From Tubiluchus corallicola (Eukaryota; Animalia; Priapulida): 19,416 bases of DNA. Below, in pieces: positions 7,960 to 16,240 of this stretch. The stretch is from NCBI GenBank assembly GCA_030141605.1, contig JAQGDQ010002487.1, positions 1 through 19,416 on the forward strand. Direction: 5' to 3'. The first letter of the stretch is position 1, and each line of letters begins with the position of its first letter. The notes under the pieces were generated by a model that saw only the letters and a list, made by a program, of their open reading frames with translations, had not been told where the DNA came from and did not search any database. A program made the translations under genes and the position numbers.

Positions 7960-10294
7960 ATGATAAGATACAATTTAGGGCAAGGTGAAAATAAGAATTG
8001 GATAATAGCAGATGATGAGTTTTCTGCTAATTTTTTAAAAAAATTTGAAACTGTAATGGCATTGGGGAATGGATACATGGGAATAAGGTCGTCGTTAGAA
8101 GAGCCATATCATGAAGAGGTTAGGAACTTTTTTGTAGCAGGAACATTTAATAAATGCGATAGTACAGAAGTAGCGGAGCTTCCTAATGTGGCAGATATTA
8201 CTACTCTAAACATTCTTTTAAATGGAGAAAAATTTTCGTTAGAAAAAGGAAAAATCAACTATTACTTAAGAACTTTAAACCTAAAAACAGGGGAGCTTAA
8301 AAGGGAAGTGAAATGGGTAAGCACCAAAGGAGAAGAGTATAAGTTGGTATTTCGCCGTTTTGTTTCTTTAAACAATTTACACCTAGTAGGAATGTGGGTA
8401 GAAATTACTCCTTTAACCCACCCTGCAACTATTTCTATTATCTCAGGAATAGATGGGAAAAAGACAAATTCAGGAGCTCAACACTTTATTGAAAAGGAAA
8501 AAAGAGTATTTGACAGAAAACTTTTACAGCTTAATCAGCAGACTACTGAAACAAATTTGGACTTTGTAATACATGCCAATCATCAATATTTTATTAATGG
8601 AGAAAAGGTAGAGAAGCCTGCAAAAATGAAGATAGTACGTAGAGAAGTGAGCTTGGTAAATGAGTATGAATTAGATGTAAATGAAACAATAAGATTAGAG
8701 AAAATCTCTACGGTGCATACAAGTAGAGATAAGGAGTTTGACAATAAAAATTATGCATTAGAGAGTTTGAAGGAAGTGGCACATAATGTTACTGTTATGG
8801 AAGCAAGCAAAGGGTACGAGCAGTTGTTTGAAGAAAGTAAAAAACAGTGGCTAGATTTATGGAAGAAGATGGATATTAAAATAGAATCAAAACATGAGAT
8901 AGATCAGCTCGCTGCCCGTTTTACAATGTATCACCTTATAGCAATGACACCTATGCATGATTATAGGTTTGGAATAGGGGCAAAAGGGCTAACAGGAGAG
9001 GGCTATAAGGGGCACTCTTTTTGGGATACAGAAATTTTTATACTTCCACTCTTTACATATGCTTGGCCTGATGTTGCCTGCCAATTATTGCAATATCGCT
9101 ACAATACATTAGCGGGGGCAAGGCGTAAAGCTCAAAAAAATGGCTTTAAAGGAGCTATGTTTTCGTGGGAGTCAGCTTTTACAGGAGATGAAGAGACGCC
9201 AGAGTGGGGAGAGATAGATGTGGTAACCGGAAAAACAATGAAAATTGTAACAGGATTTATAGAAATTCACATCTCTGCAGATATAGCATTTGCGGTGTGG
9301 CAGTATCATCAAATCACAGGAGATACTGATTTTATGAAGCGATATGGATATGAAATTGTTTTTGACACTGCGACTTTTTGGGCGAGTAGGTTAGAATGGA
9401 ATGAAGAAAAAAAAGAGTATCATATTAATAACGTGGTGGGACCTGATGAATATAAGGAACATATTAACAACAACGCCTACACTAACTATATGGCTCATAA
9501 AAACATACAATTAGCGCTGAATTATTATGACCATTTGAAAAGCAGTGATATTGCAGTATGGAATAGGCTCAATGATAAAATCAATATTGAAGAAAACTAT
9601 TGTATTTGGAAGGATAAGGTTGGCAAAATATACTTGCCAAAAGCAAGGGAAGATGGAGTAATTCCACAAGACGATTCTTATTTATCTAAACCAGTAATAG
9701 ACCTTACGAAATATAAAAATCAAGAAAACGTAGGTATGATTTTTCAAGATTACAATATGGAGCAGATAAATAATTACCAAATATCAAAGCAGGCAGATGT
9801 GATAGCACTATTATATTTGTTAGAAGATGAATTTTAGACAAAACAAAAAAACAAATTGGGCATATTATGAACCTAAAACGTTACATGACTCATCATTAAG
9901 TCTTGCCTTACATTCAGTGGTGGCGTCAGATGTGAAAGAAACAGAAAAAGCATACTTAATGTTTCAAAAAGCATCCACAATAGACTTGGGAGAAAATATG
10001 AAGTCTTGCGATGCAGGCATACATTCCGCATCATTGGGTGGGGTTTGGCAGAGTATTGTGTGTGGATTTGGTGGTGTAAGAATGTTAAATGGAAAATTAA
10101 GAATAACACCACAATTGCCTGAGGCTTGGAAAAAGTTAAATTATGCTATTTACTGGCAAGGGGATAGGCTGAATGTGAGTGTTACAAAAAGCACTATTTC
10201 TGTTGTTAATGAAACAAAAAAAGCAAAGCCTATAAAGTGCATAATTCATGGTAAAGAGTATGAAATAAGGGATAAGTTAGAAATATCTTATTAA
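7960..10294 (+). CDS. Glycoside hydrolase family 65 alpha-glucoside phosphorylase (kojibiose/trehalose phosphorylase-like), split by a frameshift near 9835
   Basis: Motifs ALGNGYMGIR, GAKGLTGEGYKGHSFWDTEIF, EIHISADIA, GPDEYKE (catalytic Glu region) and KQADV in 7960-9837. YYEPKTLHDSSLS and GIHSASLGGVWQ...GFGG continue in the +1 frame (ORF 9827-10294). Confidence 0.9.
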
Positions 10295-10314
10295 ATACTT
10301 CAAAATCCCAAAAA

Positions 10315-10516
10315 AGCTCAAGTATCACCAATAGTTATTGGGATATAGGAATTATGGAATAGATACTTTTGTAGGAGGAGGCGAAGGCAAAACTACTGAC
10401 CAGATGATATAGAAAATTACTTTTACCAATGCCAACTGGGACTTTAATGATGTTTGGGATATAAATGGCAATACTAATGTGGCTATCCTTTCTTGCAAAG
10501 TGTAGAAAGGCGGTGA
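10315..10516 (+). pseudogene. Decayed 3' fragment of a GLUG-domain gene paralogous to the lipoprotein (matches 7523-7708)
   Basis: With two frameshifts and a stop it reads SSSITNSYWDI...GGGEGKTTDQMI*KITFTNANWDFNDVWDINGNTN.GYPFLQSVERR*. The intact gene reads SYWDV...GGGEGKTTLLMKQKATFAGWDFENVWDIDGTTNNGYPFLKGIGGQE*. Confidence 0.85.
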
Positions 10517-10863
10517 GTTGATTAGCTTTGGATGAAAGCTGTATTAATTATCCAACAGCTGAGTTTCGAAGAGGAATAAGGAATTTCTTTAAGCATAGTC
10601 ACCTATGTGGTTATGCTTTTTTCATTATTATTTTAGAAAAATATTATATTTTGACTAATATTGTAAAAAATGACTTGTTAAGAAGCAAACTAACTATTCT
10701 TCATTGTGCTAAAATTATAAAGATACGGGCAAATAACCCAGAGGGTGACAAAGAAAAATGGACTGTAAATAGTTGTAAGCGAGCGTATCGTGAAAATATT
10801 TATATTATTCTTATTAATAACAAAATTTACAAAAAATTGAAACAAAAAATAGAACTTAAAATA

Positions 10864-11223
10864 ATGATACTTTTTACAGTTATCATTTTTTCTATAGCAC
10901 TTATATTACAGTACTTATTTCCAGAAGTTGTTCATAATTTCATTTGGGGAATGATTGTTTTTTTTAATGTTTTGAACTTTTTTATCTTTTTAGTGCTTTT
11001 CTTTATTAAAAAAACAAATATAGATAGGAACTTGATGTTTTTTGCTTCTTCTGTATTTAGATTATTATTAAGTGCTATCTTTATATTTATACTGCTATGG
11101 AATCAGCCTGATAACAAGATTATACTTGTGACGAATTTTGTGATTTTATACTTTACATTTTTAACATTTGAGCTTTTTAAGATTTTTGTGATTTTGCCTA
11201 AATATTTACTACAAAGCAAATAA
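10864..11223 (+). CDS. Small 4-TM membrane protein resembling the AtpI-like protein usually found just upstream of atpB in Bacteroidota
   Basis: Four hydrophobic segments with FRLLLS and NFVILYFTFLTFEL. Start is probably ATG 10864 or TTG 10837; the extension back to 10528 does not look coding. Confidence 0.55.
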   Translation: MILFTVIIFSIALILQYLFPEVVHNFIWGMIVFFNVLNFFIFLVLFFIKKTNIDRNLMFFASSVFRLLLSAIFIFILLWNQPDNKIILVTNFVILYFTFLTFELFKIFVILPKYLLQSK

Positions 11224-11249
11224 ACACAGGCAAACAAGATTGAAGCACT

Positions 11250-11283
11250 TAAAAGAAAGCAGTTAGATAGCGGCTTTCTTTTA
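11250..11283. terminator. Bidirectional terminator between the convergent 4-TM gene and nth
   Basis: TAAAAGAAAGC ... GCTTTCTTTTA inverted repeat with A/T tracts on both sides, overlapping the nth stop codon. Confidence 0.65.
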
Positions 11284-11904
11284 TACTTGCTGCAACTTAC
11301 TGCAAATAGGACAGAGGCTTATAATGTGTCGCTGAGCGGGGCAATATTCTCGTCCAAAGAAAATCATCTGTAGGTGTACTTTTTTCCACAGATGTTGGGG
11401 TATTATTTTTTTTAAATCCTTTTCAGTTTGCCTTACACTTTTTCCGTTTGAAAGTTGCCAGCGATAAGCAAGTCTGTGAATGTGAGTATCTACGGGAAAT
11501 GTAGGTATGTTAAAAGCTTGAACTAACACAACAGATGCTGTTTTGTGCCCTACTCCAGGCAACTCTTCTAATTCTTCTAATCTCTGAGGTACTTCTCCAT
11601 TGTATTTTTTTAAAAGTATTTTTGAAAGATTGTAGATGGCATTGGACTTGTTTATATGTAGCCCGCAGGGTTGTATTATTTTTTTAATTTTTTCTACTCC
11701 TATTTTAATCATATCTGCTGGAGTGGTAGCCAAACGAAACAAGTGAGGGGTTACTTGGTTTACTCGTGCATCTGTACATTGAGCAGACAATAATACTGAA
11801 ACTAGAAGTGTATAGGGATTTATGTGTTTTAATGATATTGTGGGATTGGGATACTTTTCATCTAAAATTTTTAAAATATCCTTAATACGTTGTTCAGAAG
11901 TCAT
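11281..11904 (-). CDS. nth: Endonuclease III
   Basis: Motifs LLSAQCTDARVN, HhH LPGVGHKTA, FPVDTHIHRL and a C-terminal GREYC...CPIC Cys cluster. Confidence 0.95.
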   Translation of the reverse strand: MTSEQRIKDILKILDEKYPNPTISLKHINPYTLLVSVLLSAQCTDARVNQVTPHLFRLATTPADMIKIGVEKIKKIIQPCGLHINKSNAIYNLSKILLKKYNGEVPQRLEELEELPGVGHKTASVVLVQAFNIPTFPVDTHIHRLAYRWQLSNGKSVRQTEKDLKKIIPQHLWKKVHLQMIFFGREYCPAQRHIISLCPICSKLQQV

Positions 11905-11948
11905 TTAATTGTGGTATATAAAATGGGTAAAGAGTATAAACGCAACAT

Positions 11949-12386
11949 TTACAACCTTGTCAGTTTATATTCTATTTCATGTATATCACCCTCGTTTTTT
12001 TGTACTACCCTTTCTTTAATTATAAAAAAACTATACTCACTTATAGGGAATCGAACTATTTCGTACTTTTCTACCTCGCCCAATCTCTTGTATAGCATCA
12101 ATTTATTATCTCGAAAATTAACAAACCACCTGCCTTGCTCTAATACCCCATCTTTATTTAGCCTGGTATAGGCACCATTTTTTTCAAGGGTTAGTTTATT
12201 GAAAGTAGGGTAATGAGCTCCTCCTTTGTTATTTAGATTTTCGGAGGTTAAGTTGGTCGTAGCTATAACTTGCCAAGCATTTGATATAGTGAGAAGCCTT
12301 TGGTTTCCAACTAAACTATCTTGAGAAAACAAAGAGTACCACACGATAACTTGTAAAACTATAGTTCCTAATATTGTCGTTCTCAT
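11949..12386 (-). CDS. Exported hypothetical protein, lipocalin-like beta fold possible
   Basis: N-terminal signal-like stretch; LTISNAWQV, LTLEKNGAY, EQGRWFV and a terminal YKLTRL pattern typical of Bacteroidota lipocalin-like proteins. Confidence 0.55.
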   Translation of the reverse strand: MRTTILGTIVLQVIVWYSLFSQDSLVGNQRLLTISNAWQVIATTNLTSENLNNKGGAHYPTFNKLTLEKNGAYTRLNKDGVLEQGRWFVNFRDNKLMLYKRLGEVEKYEIVRFPISEYSFFIIKERVVQKNEGDIHEIEYKLTRL

Positions 12387-12536
12387 TTAGTAAAGGTTTA
12401 TCTTACATTTCCATTTCTTTTATAAAAAATAGCATATATTCATTAGACGATAAAGATATGTAAATATACAAATAAAAGCAAAAAAATTAATCTTTTGTCT
12501 TTAAGTAACAAAATGTTTTAATTCATTGAAAATATT

Positions 12537-13313
12537 TTAAAACAAAGAGAAAGATATGCCAAAGTTTATGACTTGTGGAGTTGAAAGATCAGGACCTTTG
12601 CCTTTTTTGAATAACGAAAGCATATTATGGTTATAAAACAAGTAAAAATCACCTATTCCAATACGTCCATACACATTCCAGCGCCAAGGGTTAAGGTTAT
12701 ACCTTTCCTCAATTTTTAACTTTTTTACTTCATCACCTTCTTTATATTTTACTTTTGTTCCACTTTTAAACAATATTTCGCCTTTAGTTCCTGCAACTAT
12801 TTTTAAACTTTTTTTCGAATTTTTGTTTGCTGTCCATCTTACTTCTATTGGTATGTTGAAGTAGTAGGCATCTAATTTTGATTTTTTTACGCTTAAATTT
12901 GACGTATTTGAACTAAATTCTACAACGCTTAGCTCTTCTTCTCCTGTTATGCTATTTATAGTATAATCTAAAGTTTTCCCGCTAGGAATGGAAAATTTTT
13001 CATACGCAAACCCTATACCTACATGCAAAGAAATGTTTGTGTTTTCAATGTAGTATCCTTTGCTGATGTATGACAAATTAAATACCCACGAACCAAAAAC
13101 ATTTTGTGATAATGTTCCTTTATCTAATAATACACCCATGCCAAGTTCAAGCAATAAATCTCCTGGAACATCAGGACGTCCCTTCTTTTGAAAATTGTCA
13201 AAATCAATGCCTAATGTTTCGCCGTTATTTGATAAGGTGCCATCAGATGACTGGGTAAACCCCAAAAATGGTAAATAGGTGAGTATGACTATAAGGTAAA
13301 TATTTTTTTTCAT
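12537..13313 (-). CDS. Outer-membrane beta-barrel protein (PorT/porin-like family)
   Basis: Signal peptide, RPDVPGDL, KKSKLDAYYFNIPIEVRW, YGRIGIG, alternating beta strands and C-terminal ISFSLF. Confidence 0.75.
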   Translation of the reverse strand: MKKNIYLIVILTYLPFLGFTQSSDGTLSNNGETLGIDFDNFQKKGRPDVPGDLLLELGMGVLLDKGTLSQNVFGSWVFNLSYISKGYYIENTNISLHVGIGFAYEKFSIPSGKTLDYTINSITGEEELSVVEFSSNTSNLSVKKSKLDAYYFNIPIEVRWTANKNSKKSLKIVAGTKGEILFKSGTKVKYKEGDEVKKLKIEERYNLNPWRWNVYGRIGIGDFYLFYNHNMLSLFKKGKGPDLSTPQVINFGISFSLF

Positions 13314-13384
13314 GCTTAATTACTTTTCTTGTTCTATCCTTTGCTTCTTGTTTTTGGGCAATATTACAGAAATAAATTGATTTA

Positions 13385-13418
13385 TTTGGTATGTTTTTTG
13401 TAAAAAAATATATATTTG
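13385..13418 (+). promoter_or_regulatory. Bacteroidota-type promoter for the polytopic membrane protein gene
   Basis: TTTG at 13385-13388, a 22-nt spacer, TATATTTG at 13411-13418. Confidence 0.5.
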
Positions 13419-13489
13419 CTTAAAAATGATAGCCTTTTTTAACTGAATGGTGAAATTGTTAAATGAAAGTTACTGCTAAATACATAAAC

Positions 13490-14809
13490 ATGAAAAATTT
13501 AATCCAAGTACTAAAGAAAAATAAATTTTTTGTCAACTTACTCATTGTTGGTATGTCATTAGGAACAGCTTGGGCAGTGCGGGGACAGTTTGGACATGAA
13601 CAGGGAGCTGCTTGGGCAGGAGCCGTTGGAGCTTTAGCAATCTTATTGCTTGCCAAGAAAAAAGATTGGAATGGTAAGTTTTTATTAGCTTCTGTTGCCT
13701 CTGCTATAGGTTGGGGATTAGGTGGCATGATGAGTTATGGTCGAGTAGTGGGATATGGTCGAGGGGTAGATTTTCCTAATGTCTATTATGGCTTGATGAT
13801 GTTGTTTTTAATAGGTGCTCTACAAGGGTTTATGGGAGGAGGATTATTTGGATTGGTGCTAACAAATTCAAAGAAAGAACAGGTAAGATGGCATGTTTTG
13901 CTTGTCGAGATGGTAGCTGTAGGAGTGCTTGTGTATGGTTTGATTATTAACCAATTGGGTTGGTTGATGACGCCGCCACGCTCGGAGGCGTGGGCATTGT
14001 GTTTGGGTGGAGTATTAGCAATGACATGGTATATGCTGCGCAATGGATTTGGCAATGCGTTAAGGATAGCAGCACTATCTGGAGTAGGTGCGGGATTTGG
14101 GTTTGCATTTGGAAACTTTTTGCAGGGAATAGGGAACCTTATGGAGATTAAGTTTAATTTTTGGAATGTAATGGAGTATAGTATAGGATTTTTTGGAGGA
14201 ATTGGAATGGCATACGGAACATTTACTTCAAAGTGGACAAAAGAAATGGAGCAATGGACAAAGCGGAATGACAATTTGTTTCCAATAATTTTATTGGTGC
14301 TTGTTATACCACTTGTGGTGTTTGTCGAAAGCTTTAACATAGATAAGGTAACGAAAATAATAAGCAAATTAACAACTGAAGAGGGGCTTGATTTTGCAAT
14401 TAGTACAACAAGGAGCTTGGCATTTCTAATACCAACAGCAGTAGCAATACTACTTATTAATAAATATTATGTAAGGAAAACAGAGTTTGTTGTAAATTAC
14501 ACAGGAAAAGAAGTTCTCTTGTTTTTTATAGTATATTTTGGGTTATACATATTTCAAAGCTTTTTAATTACAGGAGCTTTTATATCCACTTACAGAATAG
14601 AGCAATATTTATACATAGTTAACTTTGTTATTGTTTTGTTAGCAATCCCTAAATTATCGCCAGCTTTTCCAGCTCCAGCTTGTAAACTAAAAAACAAATA
14701 TTGGTGGATATACTTATTAGGAATCTTCTTGTTTATTGCTATTCTTGCACTTATTATAATAACTTTTTCTCATGAAGGAATGCGGGGCATGAATAAAAGA
14801 TTTGAATAG
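13490..14809 (+). CDS. Uncharacterised Gly-rich polytopic inner-membrane protein (about 12 TM)
   Basis: Long ORF with many hydrophobic helices and polar motifs RGQFGHEQGAAWAG, GGMMSYG, PPRSEAW and NFWNVMEYSIGFFGG. Alternative start at 13463. Confidence 0.75.
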   Translation: MKNLIQVLKKNKFFVNLLIVGMSLGTAWAVRGQFGHEQGAAWAGAVGALAILLLAKKKDWNGKFLLASVASAIGWGLGGMMSYGRVVGYGRGVDFPNVYYGLMMLFLIGALQGFMGGGLFGLVLTNSKKEQVRWHVLLVEMVAVGVLVYGLIINQLGWLMTPPRSEAWALCLGGVLAMTWYMLRNGFGNALRIAALSGVGAGFGFAFGNFLQGIGNLMEIKFNFWNVMEYSIGFFGGIGMAYGTFTSKWTKEMEQWTKRNDNLFPIILLVLVIPLVVFVESFNIDKVTKIISKLTTEEGLDFAISTTRSLAFLIPTAVAILLINKYYVRKTEFVVNYTGKEVLLFFIVYFGLYIFQSFLITGAFISTYRIEQYLYIVNFVIVLLAIPKLSPAFPAPACKLKNKYWWIYLLGIFLFIAILALIIITFSHEGMRGMNKRFE

Positions 14810-14830
14810 TGAATTGAAAATTTGTAAACA

Positions 14831-15156
14831 ATGCAGAAAAAACCAGAAAATGTAGTTTCTATCATTATTAAATTTCTTTTAACTAAAAAAGGAGTATACA
14901 TTATGATAGGAGCCCTGTTTTTTATATAAGAGCTTTTGGAGCACAGGTAGTTTTGGAGTAATATACGTTGAGCAAGAAACAAAAAAAATTGGAACAAGAA
15001 AAACAATACTATTTAGAGCAAATAGAAGAGATTAAAGAGGAAGAGGAAAAAATATTTAACAACAAAGATGGATTAGAAAAGATTGCTAGAGAAAAATATT
15101 TAATGAAGAAAGAAGGAGAGGATGTATACATTGTTGAAGAAGAAGAAAAGGGTTAA
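14831..15156 (+). CDS. ftsB: FtsB/DivIC septum formation initiator, disrupted by at least two frameshifts at about 14925-14967
   Basis: ATG 14831 MQKKPENVVSIIIKFLLTKKGVYIMIGALFFI* gives the start of the TM segment. Another frame gives the coiled coil and LEKIAREKYLMKKEGEDVYIV, and that frame has TAA at 14959-14961. Confidence 0.75.
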
Positions 15157-15201
15157 CGATTGTAAAAATATAGAAAACAATAGATAATATATACTAGAAC
15201 T

Positions 15202-15753
15202 ATGATGGCTTTAAAAAGGCTGCTTTTTTGCCTAGCAATATACTTGATGGCTAACATAATGTGCCATGCCCAATCAAAAGAAATGGATAAGAGAGTTTTC
15301 TTTGGAGGGAATTTAGGACTACAATTTGGCACATATACCTATATTGAAGTTGCTCCTATGGTGGGTTACAAAATTAATGATTGGTTGTCATCAGGAACCT
15401 CATTAATATATCGTTATACAAGCTATAAAAAAGAAATTCCTAACAAAAGAATTTCCTACTCAGATTATGGGGCGAGCATTTTTACAAGAGCATTTATAAC
15501 AAGATATGTATTTGCACAGACAGAATATGAATATTTAAATTTTGAATTTGAAGATGTGCTAGATAGTTACCGTAAAAATTTTCATGCAGTGTTCTTAGGT
15601 GGAGGGCTGTCTGCCCCAATAGGATCGAAGAAACGATTTTTTGCATCATTAGTAATACTGTATAACATTTTATATGATACACCAGGAATAGAGGGGTATA
15701 GACAAAACCCTTATAACAGCCCAGTTGTAATTAGGGTTGGTATTGGGTTTTAG
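15202..15753 (+). CDS. Hypothetical outer-membrane beta-barrel protein
   Basis: Signal peptide ending CHA-Q, FFGGNLGLQFG, IEVAPMVGY, FAQTEYEYL and C-terminal RVGIGF. Confidence 0.75.
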   Translation: MMALKRLLFCLAIYLMANIMCHAQSKEMDKRVFFGGNLGLQFGTYTYIEVAPMVGYKINDWLSSGTSLIYRYTSYKKEIPNKRISYSDYGASIFTRAFITRYVFAQTEYEYLNFEFEDVLDSYRKNFHAVFLGGGLSAPIGSKKRFFASLVILYNILYDTPGIEGYRQNPYNSPVVIRVGIGF

Positions 15754-15829
15754 GAAAACAATGAAAGCTAAATGTGTTGTGCTAAATTAGATTATTATCA
15801 CTTTCATCCACATTGCCACATAAAAATAA

Positions 15830-15862
15830 TTGCTACTTTTTAGAAAAAATTTTATACCTTTG
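15830..15862 (+). promoter_or_regulatory. Bacteroidota-type promoter upstream of the Dabb gene (and possibly purH)
   Basis: TTG at 15830-15832, a 22-nt spacer, TACCTTTG at 15855-15862. Confidence 0.55.
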
Positions 15863-15900
15863 CATTCTATCAAATTTAATACATTATAACAAAGAAAGAC

Positions 15901-16184
15901 ATGGTAAAGCACATTGTAATGTGGCGGTTCAAAGATGAACACAAAGATGAGAATATTAGTAAGGCAGACAGCATGCTTCATCAATTAACCCAAAAAATTT
16001 CACAAATAAGATCATTAGAAACAGGCAAAAACATATTGCCTATAGCAACATCCTCTGACTTTATTTGTCTCAGAATACACAATTTTAGATGGGTTTGTAG
16101 AGTATAAAAATATCCAGAGCAACGTAAGTGCTGAAAATTTATTGGGTCTAGTAACACAACAGCTGTGTAATTTTTGAAATATAA
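15901..16184 (+). CDS. Dabb family (stress-responsive alpha/beta barrel) protein, frameshifted after about 16060
   Basis: MVKHIVMWRFK...IRSLETGKN...SDF start. Later fragments in mixed frames (NLDG, EYKN, PE, KFIG, FEI*) fit the Dabb C-terminus, ending at TAA 16182-16184. Confidence 0.7.
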
Positions 16185-16240
16185 GAGGAAAGTTTTGTGG
16201 AGTGTAGAATAATGAGTTATTTTAGAAAATTAACCATAAT

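Noticed and set aside
706-9837. Stop-codon reassignment explaining TAA 706 and TAG 9835
   Set aside because: TAA ends most genes here normally, and reading through TAG 9835 does not restore GH65, which needs a frame change.
9827-10294. Separate 155-aa gene
   Set aside because: It is the C-terminal part of GH65 (HDSSLS and the C-terminal domain).
7523-10516. Diversity-generating retroelement (VR at the lipoprotein 3' end, TR at 10330-10516, hairpin at 7718)
   Set aside because: Mismatches are not restricted to adenines of the putative TR (many C/T/G and synonymous changes), there are indels, and no reverse transcriptase is in the window.
10528-10836. N-terminal ~100-aa extension of the 231-aa ORF
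   Set aside because: TTG start, spacer-like composition and no recognisable motif; the membrane protein plausibly starts at 10837 or 10864.
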